A stretch of DNA of 63,144 nucleotides from Thermoplasmata archaeon (GTDB lineage Archaea > Thermoplasmatota > E2 > DHVEG-1). Numbering within the stretch: the stretch's first letter is position 1; each line of letters opens with the position of its first letter. The position numbers were made by a program, and so were the translations under genes. Below are positions 37,362 to 46,912 of the stretch, piece by piece. Below the pieces are notes generated by a model. It was not told the DNA's origin. It ran no database searches and saw nothing but the letters and a program-made list of their open reading frames with translations. Location of the stretch: NCBI GenBank assembly GCA_003942085.1, contig DQIQ01000004.1, positions 1-63,144 on the forward strand, in the 5' to 3' direction.

Positions 37362-39386
37362 TTGCATCAAAGCGTGAAATACGCACTGAAATGCCTGAAA
37401 TGCGGTAAGACCTATTCTGAGAATCAATATATCTGTGCCTGTGAAAACAAATGTGACGCGCTTTTAAAGACCGTCTATGAACAAAAAAAATTCACCATCG
37501 ATGAGTCTTACCAGGGGATCTGGCGATATCATCAGTGGCTGCCGATACAAAAAATAGACCAACGGCTTGTCGATTCCAGCAGCTCACCGCTTACCTATAA
37601 AAGCACTAAACTTGCGGCACATCTTGGGTTGAAGAACCTTTTCATCTGCTTAAACGCGTACCCGCATTGTCATACCGGGTCGTTTAAGGACCTTGAGGCG
37701 GAAGTGACCTTCCAGCGAGTCATGAACACATTTGACTCTGGAAAGCCCTTGGTGATGTCCTCCGATGGAAACAATGCGATAGCATTTGTGCATTATTCCA
37801 ATGTGATCCGGTACCCGATTTTCTTATTTGCAACAGAAGATGCACGTCTGAGACGGATCTGGTCGTTCTCTAAATCCAATCCCTATACCCGGCTTTTCCC
37901 CATCGAGGGTGATTACTTTGATGCAATCAACCTTGCCAATCAATTTGCCCATGTGGAAGGGTATCTTTCAGAGGGCGGTTTCCGCAATGTCGGCCGTCGA
38001 GACAGCGTCGGAACCATGATGCTAGAGGTGACTCAGCTGCTTGGTCATCTCCCTGATCATTACTTCCAGGCGCTTGGCTCAGGCCCTGGTGCTATTGCAG
38101 CCTACGAGGCTTCAGAACGGCTCATCCTTGATGGTCGGTTTGGAAAAAAGCTTCCGAAAATTCATGGTGCTCAAAACTATCCTTTTGTCCCGATGGTCGA
38201 AGCATGGGAAAACAATAGCCGGAAAATCGATGAACGGTTCCAAACCGTTTCAGCAAAGCAATTAATCGACCAAACCTTGGCGCATGTGCTGACAAACCGC
38301 TTTCCCGCGTACTCTCTCATCGGCGGCATGTATGATGTTCTCCAAGAGACCAAGGGAGAGATGTACAGCGTCACCAACGAAGAAATCGAAAAAGCTCAAT
38401 TGTTATTTGAAAAACTCGAAGGCATCAGCGTTGTTCCCGAGGCAGGCGTAACCATCGCATCATTACAACAAGCCATTCGCAAAGAAACGGTGTCACCACA
38501 GGATTACATTGTGGTGAACGTGACCGGTGGCGGCAGAAAAGAAATCAAAAGAGAACGAATCCATATTGAACCTTATAAATTTACAACGAAAAAACAACAG
38601 ATAAACCAAAGATCACTCGAAGAAAAAATACAGCATTCAAAGGAGCTCATTCAAGAGTCTCTTCAAACGTATGGGGACAAGGTCGCTGTTGCCTGCAGCT
38701 GGGGAAAGGACAGCATGGTCCTGTTGCACTTGGCACGAACCGTGAACCCAGATATCCCTATCTTTTCTGTGTTGACCATCCATAAACCAAAGGAGACCTT
38801 TGATTTTGTTGTAAAAGTTATCCAACAATACCACATCAAACCAAATATTTTCATGGTTGGAGACACGATACCTGAGGTGTTTTTGAAAAACAACATTGAA
38901 GTCACCCTGTTGCCCATGGACGAGTATCGCCTGGAGGAAGAAAAAATAAAAAAAGAGACAGGACATGAAATCTACTTCGCAGACCCTGATATCTGCTGCA
39001 AGCTTCTAAAAGTCGTTCCAGTCCGCTATGCATATACGACGCTTGGATTACGCGCTTGGTTCAGCGGGCTACGAAGCTCAGAGGGGTACACAAGGAAGTA
39101 TTTAGCTGAAATTGAAAAAATAAGTGAAAGCGAAACGAAAATCAACCCCCTGCTCAGCTGGACTGAAGAGGAGATATGGAAATATATTAAAAACAACAAA
39201 CTCCCCGCGCATCCCTGGTATAAAAAAAGATATAATGATGGACGAAAAATCCGATCGCTAGGATGTGAACCATGCACGGTCCCTATATTCGACCATGAAA
39301 GTGAACGGGATGGCCGATGGAGAAAGACCCTGAAAAAAGGAGGGGAATGCGGCATTCATACCCGTTCATCAGGTGAGAGGAAATGA
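37362..39386 (+). CDS. Cysteate synthase (threonine-synthase-like PLP) fused to APS/PAPS reductase
   Basis: N-terminal half: LKCLKCG, TYKS..LA..LGL, SFKDLEA, EGG.RNVGRRD, PDHYFQA.GSG, QN.PFVPM, VLTNR. C-terminal half: SWGKDS, CCKLLK, SGLR, KINPL, SLGCEPCT, RDGRW, ECGIH. Start 37362 or 37374. Confidence 0.85.
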   Translation: MHQSVKYALKCLKCGKTYSENQYICACENKCDALLKTVYEQKKFTIDESYQGIWRYHQWLPIQKIDQRLVDSSSSPLTYKSTKLAAHLGLKNLFICLNAYPHCHTGSFKDLEAEVTFQRVMNTFDSGKPLVMSSDGNNAIAFVHYSNVIRYPIFLFATEDARLRRIWSFSKSNPYTRLFPIEGDYFDAINLANQFAHVEGYLSEGGFRNVGRRDSVGTMMLEVTQLLGHLPDHYFQALGSGPGAIAAYEASERLILDGRFGKKLPKIHGAQNYPFVPMVEAWENNSRKIDERFQTVSAKQLIDQTLAHVLTNRFPAYSLIGGMYDVLQETKGEMYSVTNEEIEKAQLLFEKLEGISVVPEAGVTIASLQQAIRKETVSPQDYIVVNVTGGGRKEIKRERIHIEPYKFTTKKQQINQRSLEEKIQHSKELIQESLQTYGDKVAVACSWGKDSMVLLHLARTVNPDIPIFSVLTIHKPKETFDFVVKVIQQYHIKPNIFMVGDTIPEVFLKNNIEVTLLPMDEYRLEEEKIKKETGHEIYFADPDICCKLLKVVPVRYAYTTLGLRAWFSGLRSSEGYTRKYLAEIEKISESETKINPLLSWTEEEIWKYIKNNKLPAHPWYKKRYNDGRKIRSLGCEPCTVPIFDHESERDGRWRKTLKKGGECGIHTRSSGERK

Positions 39387-40006
39387 GAGTCGCAAAAGGG
39401 TGTTGGTCTTGGGTAGCACCCCCGCTGCTCGGCAGTGTGCTTTTTTCAGCTCTTGTCATCTGGTTTTCACCATGGTTCCTTATTGGCGCAATCCCTATGA
39501 TTTGCGTTTTGGTTTTTTTCCTGATCTTCTTCCGGGACCCGGAACGAAAGATCGGTGATGGCGTTATTGCTCCAGCCGATGGAGAAATCAGAGACATTAA
39601 AAAAGAAAAAGACCAGGTCCTCATCTCCACGTTCATGGAGGTCAACAATGTCCATGTCAACAGGATGCCTATTGCTGGACGGATCATTAAAATGACGCAT
39701 TTTCCCGGATATCATCTGAGAGCCTGGAAAAAAGAATCTGATCTGAACGAACGGGTCGTCATCACCATCGACACCTCAATAGGGCAAGTTACGGTTGTAC
39801 AGCTCGCAGGACTCATCGCGCGTCGTGTGTATCCCTATATCAAAGATGGAGACGTGCTTAAGAAAGGAGACAGAATCGGAATCATCAGACTTGGTTCACG
39901 GGTCGATGTGTATCTCCCAGCAGAAAAAATAAAATCGATAAACGTGAAAATCGGCGATCCGGTAAGAGCAGGTGAAGACACCATTGCCTTTTTGAAAGAG
40001 GAATGA
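39383..40006 (+). CDS. psd: Phosphatidylserine/archaetidylserine decarboxylase-like proenzyme
   Basis: FFRDPER, APADG, NVHVNRMP, NER, QLAG..ARR, RLGSRVD self-cleavage motif; ATGA overlap. Confidence 0.88.
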   Translation: MRVAKGCWSWVAPPLLGSVLFSALVIWFSPWFLIGAIPMICVLVFFLIFFRDPERKIGDGVIAPADGEIRDIKKEKDQVLISTFMEVNNVHVNRMPIAGRIIKMTHFPGYHLRAWKKESDLNERVVITIDTSIGQVTVVQLAGLIARRVYPYIKDGDVLKKGDRIGIIRLGSRVDVYLPAEKIKSINVKIGDPVRAGEDTIAFLKEE

Positions 40007-40012
40007 ACAGCG

Positions 40013-40795
40013 TCACTCTGGTTCTTTGGTTTTTTTTGCTTTTTTCGTAGCTTTTCTTTTTGGTTTGGGTTTCGGTTTTGCTTCTTCTTCGTCAGCTTGG
40101 GTCGACTCAGTCGGTGAATCTATAACAGCTGGTTCTTCGGTCGTTCCAGCAGCAGGAACAGAATCTTCTGCTTTAGAGATATACTTCGCATCAATTCGAT
40201 CTGTGATGTACACATCCTTACCAGCTCGGAAGATCTGTACACCATCTTCTATTGCTTTTTTCCCATCGATACGCAGGATCAACGGAACCTCTGTCCGGAC
40301 TTTACCTGCCTCAATTGCTTTTTCTATGCTCCCACTGAGATGCACGTTCTTCCGATCAATCGGGTTAAGACCACCCTCAAGGATGATGTCGATTTCTTCC
40401 TCAGTCACCGGGTAGAAAAACTCGTCGAGCTCCGCAGGTGGTAAATCATCAAGACGGATGTCAATGGTGTGACCGTAGGTCGCCCTGATCATGCCACCAT
40501 CAATCTGATACCTGCCTTTCGGGTCGGTGAGTGCGATCGCCTCGATATGATGCTCCCGAAGCCATTGGAATCCTGATCTGCTCACGCCTACTGCTTCAAC
40601 AAACTCAGAGATATCAACCCAGCCATGGCCATCGACCATAACACCGAGTTTCTCTGGGAAATGACGAAGAACCCCTGCCATGATACGACCAAGGGAATCA
40701 AGTTCACGATCACTCATGAGGAATTTTCCTTTCTCTTTGCACACTGGGCATATCTCTCCACGATAATACCCGTGTTCATCACATTTTCCGAGCAT
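40013..40795 (-). CDS. kptA: RNA 2'-phosphotransferase (KptA/Tpt1) with N-terminal Zn ribbon
   Basis: CDEHGYYRGEICPVC, LRH, GRY, IRATYGHT, VHLS; low-complexity acidic/Lys-rich tail. Confidence 0.85.
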   Translation of the reverse strand: MLGKCDEHGYYRGEICPVCKEKGKFLMSDRELDSLGRIMAGVLRHFPEKLGVMVDGHGWVDISEFVEAVGVSRSGFQWLREHHIEAIALTDPKGRYQIDGGMIRATYGHTIDIRLDDLPPAELDEFFYPVTEEEIDIILEGGLNPIDRKNVHLSGSIEKAIEAGKVRTEVPLILRIDGKKAIEDGVQIFRAGKDVYITDRIDAKYISKAEDSVPAAGTTEEPAVIDSPTESTQADEEEAKPKPKPKRKATKKAKKTKEPE

Positions 40796-40869
40796 AGTTT
40801 CACGTTCTGTAATAGTATAAGATGTATAAGTTTTTGTATTCCTTGTTATATTACCCTGTTGGTGGACCA

Positions 40870-41562
40870 GTGGAACAAGAAGAGATGAAAAAACAGGCCG
40901 CGGAAAAAGCAGTGCAATATATCGAAGACGGGATGGTGATCGGCCTTGGGACCGGCTCAACCGTTGAGTTCGCGGTAAAAAAAATCGGGGAGATGGTAAA
41001 AGGCGGCTTGAAAATAACAGGGATCCCTACTTCACTAAAGACAAAAAGGTTAGCAACTGAGCTCAAAATCCCGCTGATAGACCTTGATGACCATACGACC
41101 ATTGACATCACCATCGATGGTGCTGACGAGGTGGATTCCAATCTGAATCTGATCAAAGGCGGTGGTGGCGCGCTGACCAGGGAAAAGATCATTGCGTTTC
41201 ATTCAAAAAAAGTCATCATCATCGTTGATGAAACAAAGATAGTAAAAGGCCTGGGGTGTGACTCGTTCCTCCCTGTTGAGGTCACTAAGTTCGGATGGTC
41301 AGCCACTAAAAAAGCATTGGAAGGGCTTGGGTGCACAGGGGAATTACGTAAGATCATGGATGAGGCGTTCATCACGGATAATCAGAACTACATCATCGAT
41401 TGTGATTTCGGAAAGATAACAGACGCTGAGGCATTAGAAAAGGAGATCAATAATATCCCTGGCGTCTTAGAAAACGGGTTGTTTATCGGTCTGGCAGATG
41501 AAGTCATCGTCGGCAGCAAACAAGGCATGATGACGTTAGAACGACAAGATATCGTGCAATAG
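40870..41562 (+). CDS. rpiA: Ribose-5-phosphate isomerase A
   Basis: GLGTGST, DGADEVD, IKGGGGALTREK. Confidence 0.95.
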   Translation: MEQEEMKKQAAEKAVQYIEDGMVIGLGTGSTVEFAVKKIGEMVKGGLKITGIPTSLKTKRLATELKIPLIDLDDHTTIDITIDGADEVDSNLNLIKGGGGALTREKIIAFHSKKVIIIVDETKIVKGLGCDSFLPVEVTKFGWSATKKALEGLGCTGELRKIMDEAFITDNQNYIIDCDFGKITDAEALEKEINNIPGVLENGLFIGLADEVIVGSKQGMMTLERQDIVQ

Positions 41563-41571
41563 ATTACATTT

Positions 41572-42312
41572 TTGTTTTCAGAAGGATGGCTTACACAGAT
41601 GTTTTTCTCAGAGATGACCGCACGGGATACCTTAAAAAGAACGAAACAAAAAATGACAGAGTACCAGATAGGGATTTTAGAGCAGCTCAACGCAATCGAA
41701 GTAGATGCGCATTGGTTCCGTCGTGTGTTCCATACGTTTGCAGCCTCGTTTTTATTTTACTACCTGTTACCAGACGAGAAATGGATTAATCTTGGAAAAA
41801 TTGTCCTCCCGATCATCATCGTAGCATGTATGGCTGTGGTCGAATATCAACGGATACGAGGCGGTCTTGATCACCATCGGTTCTTTGGCCTGCGGAACTA
41901 TGAGAAGAAACGACCAGCGAGCTATCTGTATTTTGGCATCGGTGTTCTCGTATTGTTTCTGTTGTTTCCCCAGCAGATAGCGATCCCCTGCATTCTGTGC
42001 GCGTCGTTCACCGATCCGATCATCGGTGAATCCCGGTATTATCTTGGGAAAAAACGCGCGTATCTCATTGGTTTTGTCGTTTCACTGTGTTTCTTCCTGG
42101 TGAGCTGGTACCGCGCAGACTGGTGGATATTACTCCTTGTGTGTTTGCTAGGTGCCACCGGGGTGCTGATCGGTGAGGCAAAGAAACTCAGATTTGTTGA
42201 TGATGACCTTATGATCCAGATGCTCCCTGCTATCCTTCTGCTGTTGCTATGGCAAGGATGTGTAGCTCTAGGTGTGAATATCTTACCGCCAAAGATGATC
42301 CTTCCGCTATGA
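41572..42312 (+). CDS. Dolichol/phytol kinase-like polytopic membrane protein
   Basis: RRVFH, R.YEK, FTDPIIG, DDDL; many TM helices; start uncertain. Confidence 0.65.
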   Translation: MFSEGWLTQMFFSEMTARDTLKRTKQKMTEYQIGILEQLNAIEVDAHWFRRVFHTFAASFLFYYLLPDEKWINLGKIVLPIIIVACMAVVEYQRIRGGLDHHRFFGLRNYEKKRPASYLYFGIGVLVLFLLFPQQIAIPCILCASFTDPIIGESRYYLGKKRAYLIGFVVSLCFFLVSWYRADWWILLLVCLLGATGVLIGEAKKLRFVDDDLMIQMLPAILLLLLWQGCVALGVNILPPKMILPL

Positions 42313-42590
42313 TAGAAAAGGAAAAGATGATGAAGACCTCGACCAACCGAAGAAATGAATCAGCTCAGAAGCTGCTGCTACGCTTAGAGTTATGGTTTGC
42401 ACCATTGCTTCTGGTCGTCCCTCTTATTGTATCGTTGGTTTTTTTAGGGGATTGGTATGTGAAAGGATTTATTGGAAGGTCTGCAAGCTATGATGGAGAA
42501 TTGTTCCTCGGATTGCTTCTGTTAATTGGTAATCTTTTGTTTGATATCCCCTTTTTACGATCACTAAGGATGCAAAAGAAAAAACAATGA
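42309..42590 (+). CDS. Small two-TM hypothetical protein
   Basis: ATGA overlap with the preceding gene; two hydrophobic segments. Confidence 0.6.
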   Translation: MIEKEKMMKTSTNRRNESAQKLLLRLELWFAPLLLVVPLIVSLVFLGDWYVKGFIGRSASYDGELFLGLLLLIGNLLFDIPFLRSLRMQKKKQ

Positions 42591-42596
42591 CCGGTA

Positions 42597-43232
42597 TTAT
42601 TTTGCTTTGTTTTTTTTCGCTCGTGCTAGGTGACGATACACAAAATACAGACACCCAATGATAATGAGGATAATGATGACGATGTCAAGTCCTTCAAGAT
42701 ACTGGCTTACTTCATCCCAGTGTTGTCCTAAAAGAAATCCAAGATAAGTAAGGATGGCGTTCCAAATCGTCGCACCAAGGATGGTGTATACTGTGAATTT
42801 TTTAACATTCATCTTTCCGATACCGGCGATAAGGGAGATGAGATGGCGAACGACAGGGACAAGCCGGGCGATGAATACCGTAAGCTCCCCTCGTTTGTTG
42901 AACCATTCCTCGGTTTTTTTGATATCCTCAGTATCAACCAAAACGTATTTTCCATATTTTTCAACGAGTCTATGCCCCCCGGTTTTTCCGATATAATAAA
43001 AGATGAGAGAACCAGTGATGCTCCCCAAGGTACTAGCGATGATAACGAATATAAAATTAAAAGACCCTTGTGCCACTAAAAATCCTGCGAACGGCATGAC
43101 AAACTCAGAAGGAACAGGGACGACCATGCTTTCCAGCATCATCAGGAAAAATATTCCAGCATACCCCAAGAGAGAAATGGTTGAAAGAGCAAAGCTCCCG
43201 ATAACTGCAAAAATTTCTGTGAGGAATGACAT
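42597..43232 (-). CDS. DedA family membrane protein
   Basis: LES..PVPSE..MPFAG, ARLVPVVRHLIS..AG. Confidence 0.9.
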   Translation of the reverse strand: MSFLTEIFAVIGSFALSTISLLGYAGIFFLMMLESMVVPVPSEFVMPFAGFLVAQGSFNFIFVIIASTLGSITGSLIFYYIGKTGGHRLVEKYGKYVLVDTEDIKKTEEWFNKRGELTVFIARLVPVVRHLISLIAGIGKMNVKKFTVYTILGATIWNAILTYLGFLLGQHWDEVSQYLEGLDIVIIILIIIGCLYFVYRHLARAKKNKAK

Positions 43233-43316
43233 AGGATGCCAAGGAAAATCATGTAGGCCTATTTATACTTCGTTCTTTCATTGGCGGTGAACTAGAGTCG
43301 ATCAGTAAAAAAAAAA

Positions 43317-45551
43317 TTATTTAATGAAACGTGACGTCAAAAGCAGAGGTAACACGCAGAGACTTGCTATAAAGGAAAAACCAATGAGCGTTATGACCAC
43401 GATACTGAATTGATGGAGTGAGGGAATATTAACAGCAAATGTCGCAAGCAAGGCGACGCTGGTTGTTGTTGCAGCTCCTACCAGTGACCACCCTGTTGTT
43501 TCAATAGTGATTCTCACTGCCTCTGTCTTCGATACTCCTTTTGCTATCTCTTCTCGTACACGTTGTGTGGTCTGAATACTATAATCGATTCCTGTTCCAA
43601 TCATTATCGAAGCAACCGTGATATTGACGATAGACAGTGGTATATCAAGCATCACCAGCGCACCTGGTTCCCATGCTATTACCACAAGAACCGGGATGAG
43701 TGACAGAAGTCCGATACCAATGGAATTAAACCCGATGATCAAACATGCAAGCACCAACAACAACGCAATCAAAAGAGAGGTCGCCTGTGAGCTCATGATC
43801 TGTTTATTGATCTCAACACTGACAACATCCTGACCTGCAAGGACGGAGACACGACCATTTTGCGGGATGATAGCGCTTTGTGCAATTTCATCTATTGCCG
43901 TGATAAGTTTTTCCAATGTCCCCACGCTGGTTCCAGCAGGGAAGGAAACAACAATAATCGTCTTTGAATATTGATCATCGACGATCCCTTTTTTTGCGAT
44001 TTTATCAAGAATAATGGTGTTGACTCCGATAAGCTCAGAGATTTTTTCAATTATCTTGCTTCGTTCTAACACGTCATTAATCTTCTTGATTTCATCAGCG
44101 ATCGAATACGCAGACCCACCAGCAGCTCTAATCTCCTCTTCCATGGTATAGATCGCTTCGATGACTTCAGGATATGTCAAACCCTGGCGGTCTGTTTCAA
44201 TGTACAATGCATTGAAGTTCGTACCACCACCAAAATTCTTCGAATACTCAAGGAGTTTTTCCACCTCAGGGATACCTTGTGGTGCCATATCGAGATAGTT
44301 GACATCGGTTTTCACCTGAGGAAGCACTATTATGGAGAGAACAACGAAGAAACAGGCGACAGCAAACAGCTTCTTTCTGTAATCAACAAGGAATTTGGCG
44401 AAGCGTTTCCACTGATGCATCGTCTCATGTTTCTCAAAATGCAGGACGAGACAGAGACAGGGGACAAGGATTGTCGCAGAGATAAACGCAAACATGATAC
44501 CTATTGCGCATCCAAAACCAAACGTGACCATCGGCGGCATATTTGACGTCATCAGGGAGCCAAATCCGATGATCGTCGTAAATGCACACATGAACACTGC
44601 TTTTCCGGTAAGCCCCAGGGTTCGTTCCACTCGCTCAATTTTATCTTCAACGGTATGTTCTTCCGCAAATCGATTCGCAAGGTAAATCGAATAATCCACC
44701 CCAAGTCCAAGAAGCAATGCCGCAACAGCAATCGAAAGAATAGTAAGCTCAGGTTGGATTATACCTAAAACCCCAAAAGTAAGGAGAAGCGCGTAACCCA
44801 GCGGTAAAAATCCAATGATGAGACCTTTGAGGGTTCTATGAAAGAACAACAGAACACATGCGACACCAATAGCTGCCAAGGGAAACACGATTGTTAAAGA
44901 TTGGAGTGTCTGCTCTTTCATCGCCTGTTGCATCGCAAGCGAACCAGTCACAGTCATCGTCGAATACCGAGCTTCTTTCACAATAGCATCTTTTACATTT
45001 TTAAGGATCTGAAGAAACTCTGCGTTATCAGAGAGCTGGAAGATGATAACCGCGACCTTATAGGAATTCAGGAAAAGGACCCCTTGTCGTGATTGGAGAC
45101 GCGCCATGTAGGTGTTGATGAGAGCTGGATCATCAGGGATTTCGTATTTGCCTGTCCCGCCAAGACCCTCAGGAAGAGCAGGTTTTGCGTTTTCCTCTTT
45201 GATAAGCTGAGCGATGCTACTCACCGAAAAAATGCCATCGGTTTTCCCTTTGTCAAGCTCATAGGTGTTTATCTTTGTGGTCACCCGGTCCATTTCATGT
45301 AAAATGTATGGGTCACGGATGTCATCTGCCTCGATATAGATGATGATGGTAGATCCTATCTGGAATTCCTGGTTGATCTTATTCCATAACTGTACTGTTG
45401 GATCATTTTGAGGTAAAAAGGTGGTAAGATCGGACTGCATATACACGTTACGAACCTGCAGGCCGATAATGATGGTAATAATTGTATACACAAGCAGAAT
45501 CGTTTTTGGTCGTTTCACCAGGATTTTTGCAAGGGAATGTGCTATCTTCAT
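43317..45551 (-). CDS. RND/MMPL family transporter
   Basis: Two homologous halves with GLGVDYSI and GTGIDYSI; about 12 TM helices. Confidence 0.88.
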   Translation of the reverse strand: MKIAHSLAKILVKRPKTILLVYTIITIIIGLQVRNVYMQSDLTTFLPQNDPTVQLWNKINQEFQIGSTIIIYIEADDIRDPYILHEMDRVTTKINTYELDKGKTDGIFSVSSIAQLIKEENAKPALPEGLGGTGKYEIPDDPALINTYMARLQSRQGVLFLNSYKVAVIIFQLSDNAEFLQILKNVKDAIVKEARYSTMTVTGSLAMQQAMKEQTLQSLTIVFPLAAIGVACVLLFFHRTLKGLIIGFLPLGYALLLTFGVLGIIQPELTILSIAVAALLLGLGVDYSIYLANRFAEEHTVEDKIERVERTLGLTGKAVFMCAFTTIIGFGSLMTSNMPPMVTFGFGCAIGIMFAFISATILVPCLCLVLHFEKHETMHQWKRFAKFLVDYRKKLFAVACFFVVLSIIVLPQVKTDVNYLDMAPQGIPEVEKLLEYSKNFGGGTNFNALYIETDRQGLTYPEVIEAIYTMEEEIRAAGGSAYSIADEIKKINDVLERSKIIEKISELIGVNTIILDKIAKKGIVDDQYSKTIIVVSFPAGTSVGTLEKLITAIDEIAQSAIIPQNGRVSVLAGQDVVSVEINKQIMSSQATSLLIALLLVLACLIIGFNSIGIGLLSLIPVLVVIAWEPGALVMLDIPLSIVNITVASIMIGTGIDYSIQTTQRVREEIAKGVSKTEAVRITIETTGWSLVGAATTTSVALLATFAVNIPSLHQFSIVVITLIGFSFIASLCVLPLLLTSRFIK

Positions 45552-45943
45552 AACCCGCCCTCCTGATGATCCATGGTGATTTGCACATATTTCGTTCCAT
45601 TCGTTTCCGCAGCTAGACTTGCAATCTTATTCAGCCGTGATTCGATGATTTTTACCCGTCGGCGGAGGAGAACAAGCGGTGAGACCGCGCAGTAGAGATA
45701 CGGGTTTTTCCCGATGCTTGGTGTTTTTATTTTTTGTCGGTAGACGACTTTTTGTGCATACATCTTTGAAAGAAGCTCCCTAACGGTGCTCGGATGCAGT
45801 TTGGTTCCAGAGATGATTTCATCGCTGCGTGCCCCGTTTTTTCGCAGCAAGTAGACGTAGATACGAGATTCTGCCCTGGAGTCAAGTAATTCGTGGACTG
45901 CAGTCTCAATGTTCTTATCAATAGGTGATCGGGGTCTACTCAT
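45548..45943 (-). CDS. TrmB-like HTH regulator
   Basis: ESRIYVYLL, EI..GTKLHPSTVRELL, Y.Y.AVSP; ATGA overlap with the transporter. Confidence 0.75.
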   Translation of the reverse strand: MSRPRSPIDKNIETAVHELLDSRAESRIYVYLLRKNGARSDEIISGTKLHPSTVRELLSKMYAQKVVYRQKIKTPSIGKNPYLYCAVSPLVLLRRRVKIIESRLNKIASLAAETNGTKYVQITMDHQEGGL

Positions 45944-46011
45944 GAAAGCGCACCAATTTATTTTAAATTTTATATAAAAAAAGTTGTTTTGTCAGTTTAA
46001 ATACCTTTCCA

Positions 46012-46063
46012 TTTTGTCGTCTCCCACCCGACAAAACATTTTATCGGCTGAAAGACGATAAAA
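46012..46063. promoter_or_regulatory. Two tandem palindromic operators TTTTRTCG-N9-CGAYAAAA
   Basis: TTTTGTCG-9nt-CGACAAAA (46012-46036) and TTTTATCG-9nt-CGATAAAA (46039-46063). Confidence 0.7.
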
Positions 46064-46119
46064 ATACAACCTATGCAAACATTTATTTCCCCCCATCACC
46101 TCCCGTTAACATCGACAGC

Positions 46120-46359
46120 ATGGATGAAAAAACCAGGGTGACAAAAGACATCGTAATGTTTGAGGAAAACATCAAACAAATACGCGAAACAACAATGACA
46201 GACAGACAGAAAAAAATCCTCGAACTTGCCTCGCAATACTATGAAGATACAAAATATTATGCAAGCAAAAAAGACTACTTCACCGCGTTTGGCTGCATCA
46301 ACTACGCCCATGGGCTTCTTGATGCCATCCTCAAAACAGAACACCAAAGAGGAGAGTAA
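46120..46359 (+). CDS. DUF357 family protein
   Basis: [25 protein letters not shown]. Confidence 0.8.
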   Translation: MDEKTRVTKDIVMFEENIKQIRETTMTDRQKKILELASQYYEDTKYYASKKDYFTAFGCINYAHGLLDAILKTEHQRGE

Positions 46360-46360
46360 T

Positions 46361-46912
46361 ATGAAAGTAAAAGGAAGCATAGAAAAATATTATCATTACG
46401 CTTTTCCCATGCAAACGGTCCTTGTCACCAGCAACGATGAAGCCGGGAAAACAAACATCATCACCCTTGCCTGGCACACCCCGATCTCACGCAAACCACC
46501 ATTGTATGGCATTTCGATTGCCCCGAAGCGACACTCCCATGCACTGATTGAGAAAAGCAAGGAATTTGTCATCAATTTCATCCCGTATTCTCTGGTTGAG
46601 GCTGCACAGTTCTGCGGGACCCACTCCGGTAAAACAACCGATAAGCTCTGTAAAACCGGAATCACCCTTGCACCATCTCTGAAACTATCCACACCTCTAA
46701 TCAAGGAAGGATACGCCCATCTGGAATGCAAATTAGTAGAAAGTATTCCGCTTGGCGACCATACGCTTTTTATTGGCGAAATACTCGTAGTCTCAGCTGA
46801 TGAAAACGCATTCAAAAACGAACTGCTCAGAACAGACCTTGTCCATCCCTTGTACTACATCGGGGAAAACGCGTATACGACGCTTGATAGGGTAAAAAGG
46901 AAAATATTCTAG
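46361..46912 (+). CDS. Flavin reductase-like (flavoredoxin) protein
   Basis: VLVTS, NIITLAW, EFVIN, CG..SG..DK, LECK, GDHTLFIGE. Confidence 0.85.
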   Translation: MKVKGSIEKYYHYAFPMQTVLVTSNDEAGKTNIITLAWHTPISRKPPLYGISIAPKRHSHALIEKSKEFVINFIPYSLVEAAQFCGTHSGKTTDKLCKTGITLAPSLKLSTPLIKEGYAHLECKLVESIPLGDHTLFIGEILVVSADENAFKNELLRTDLVHPLYYIGENAYTTLDRVKRKIF

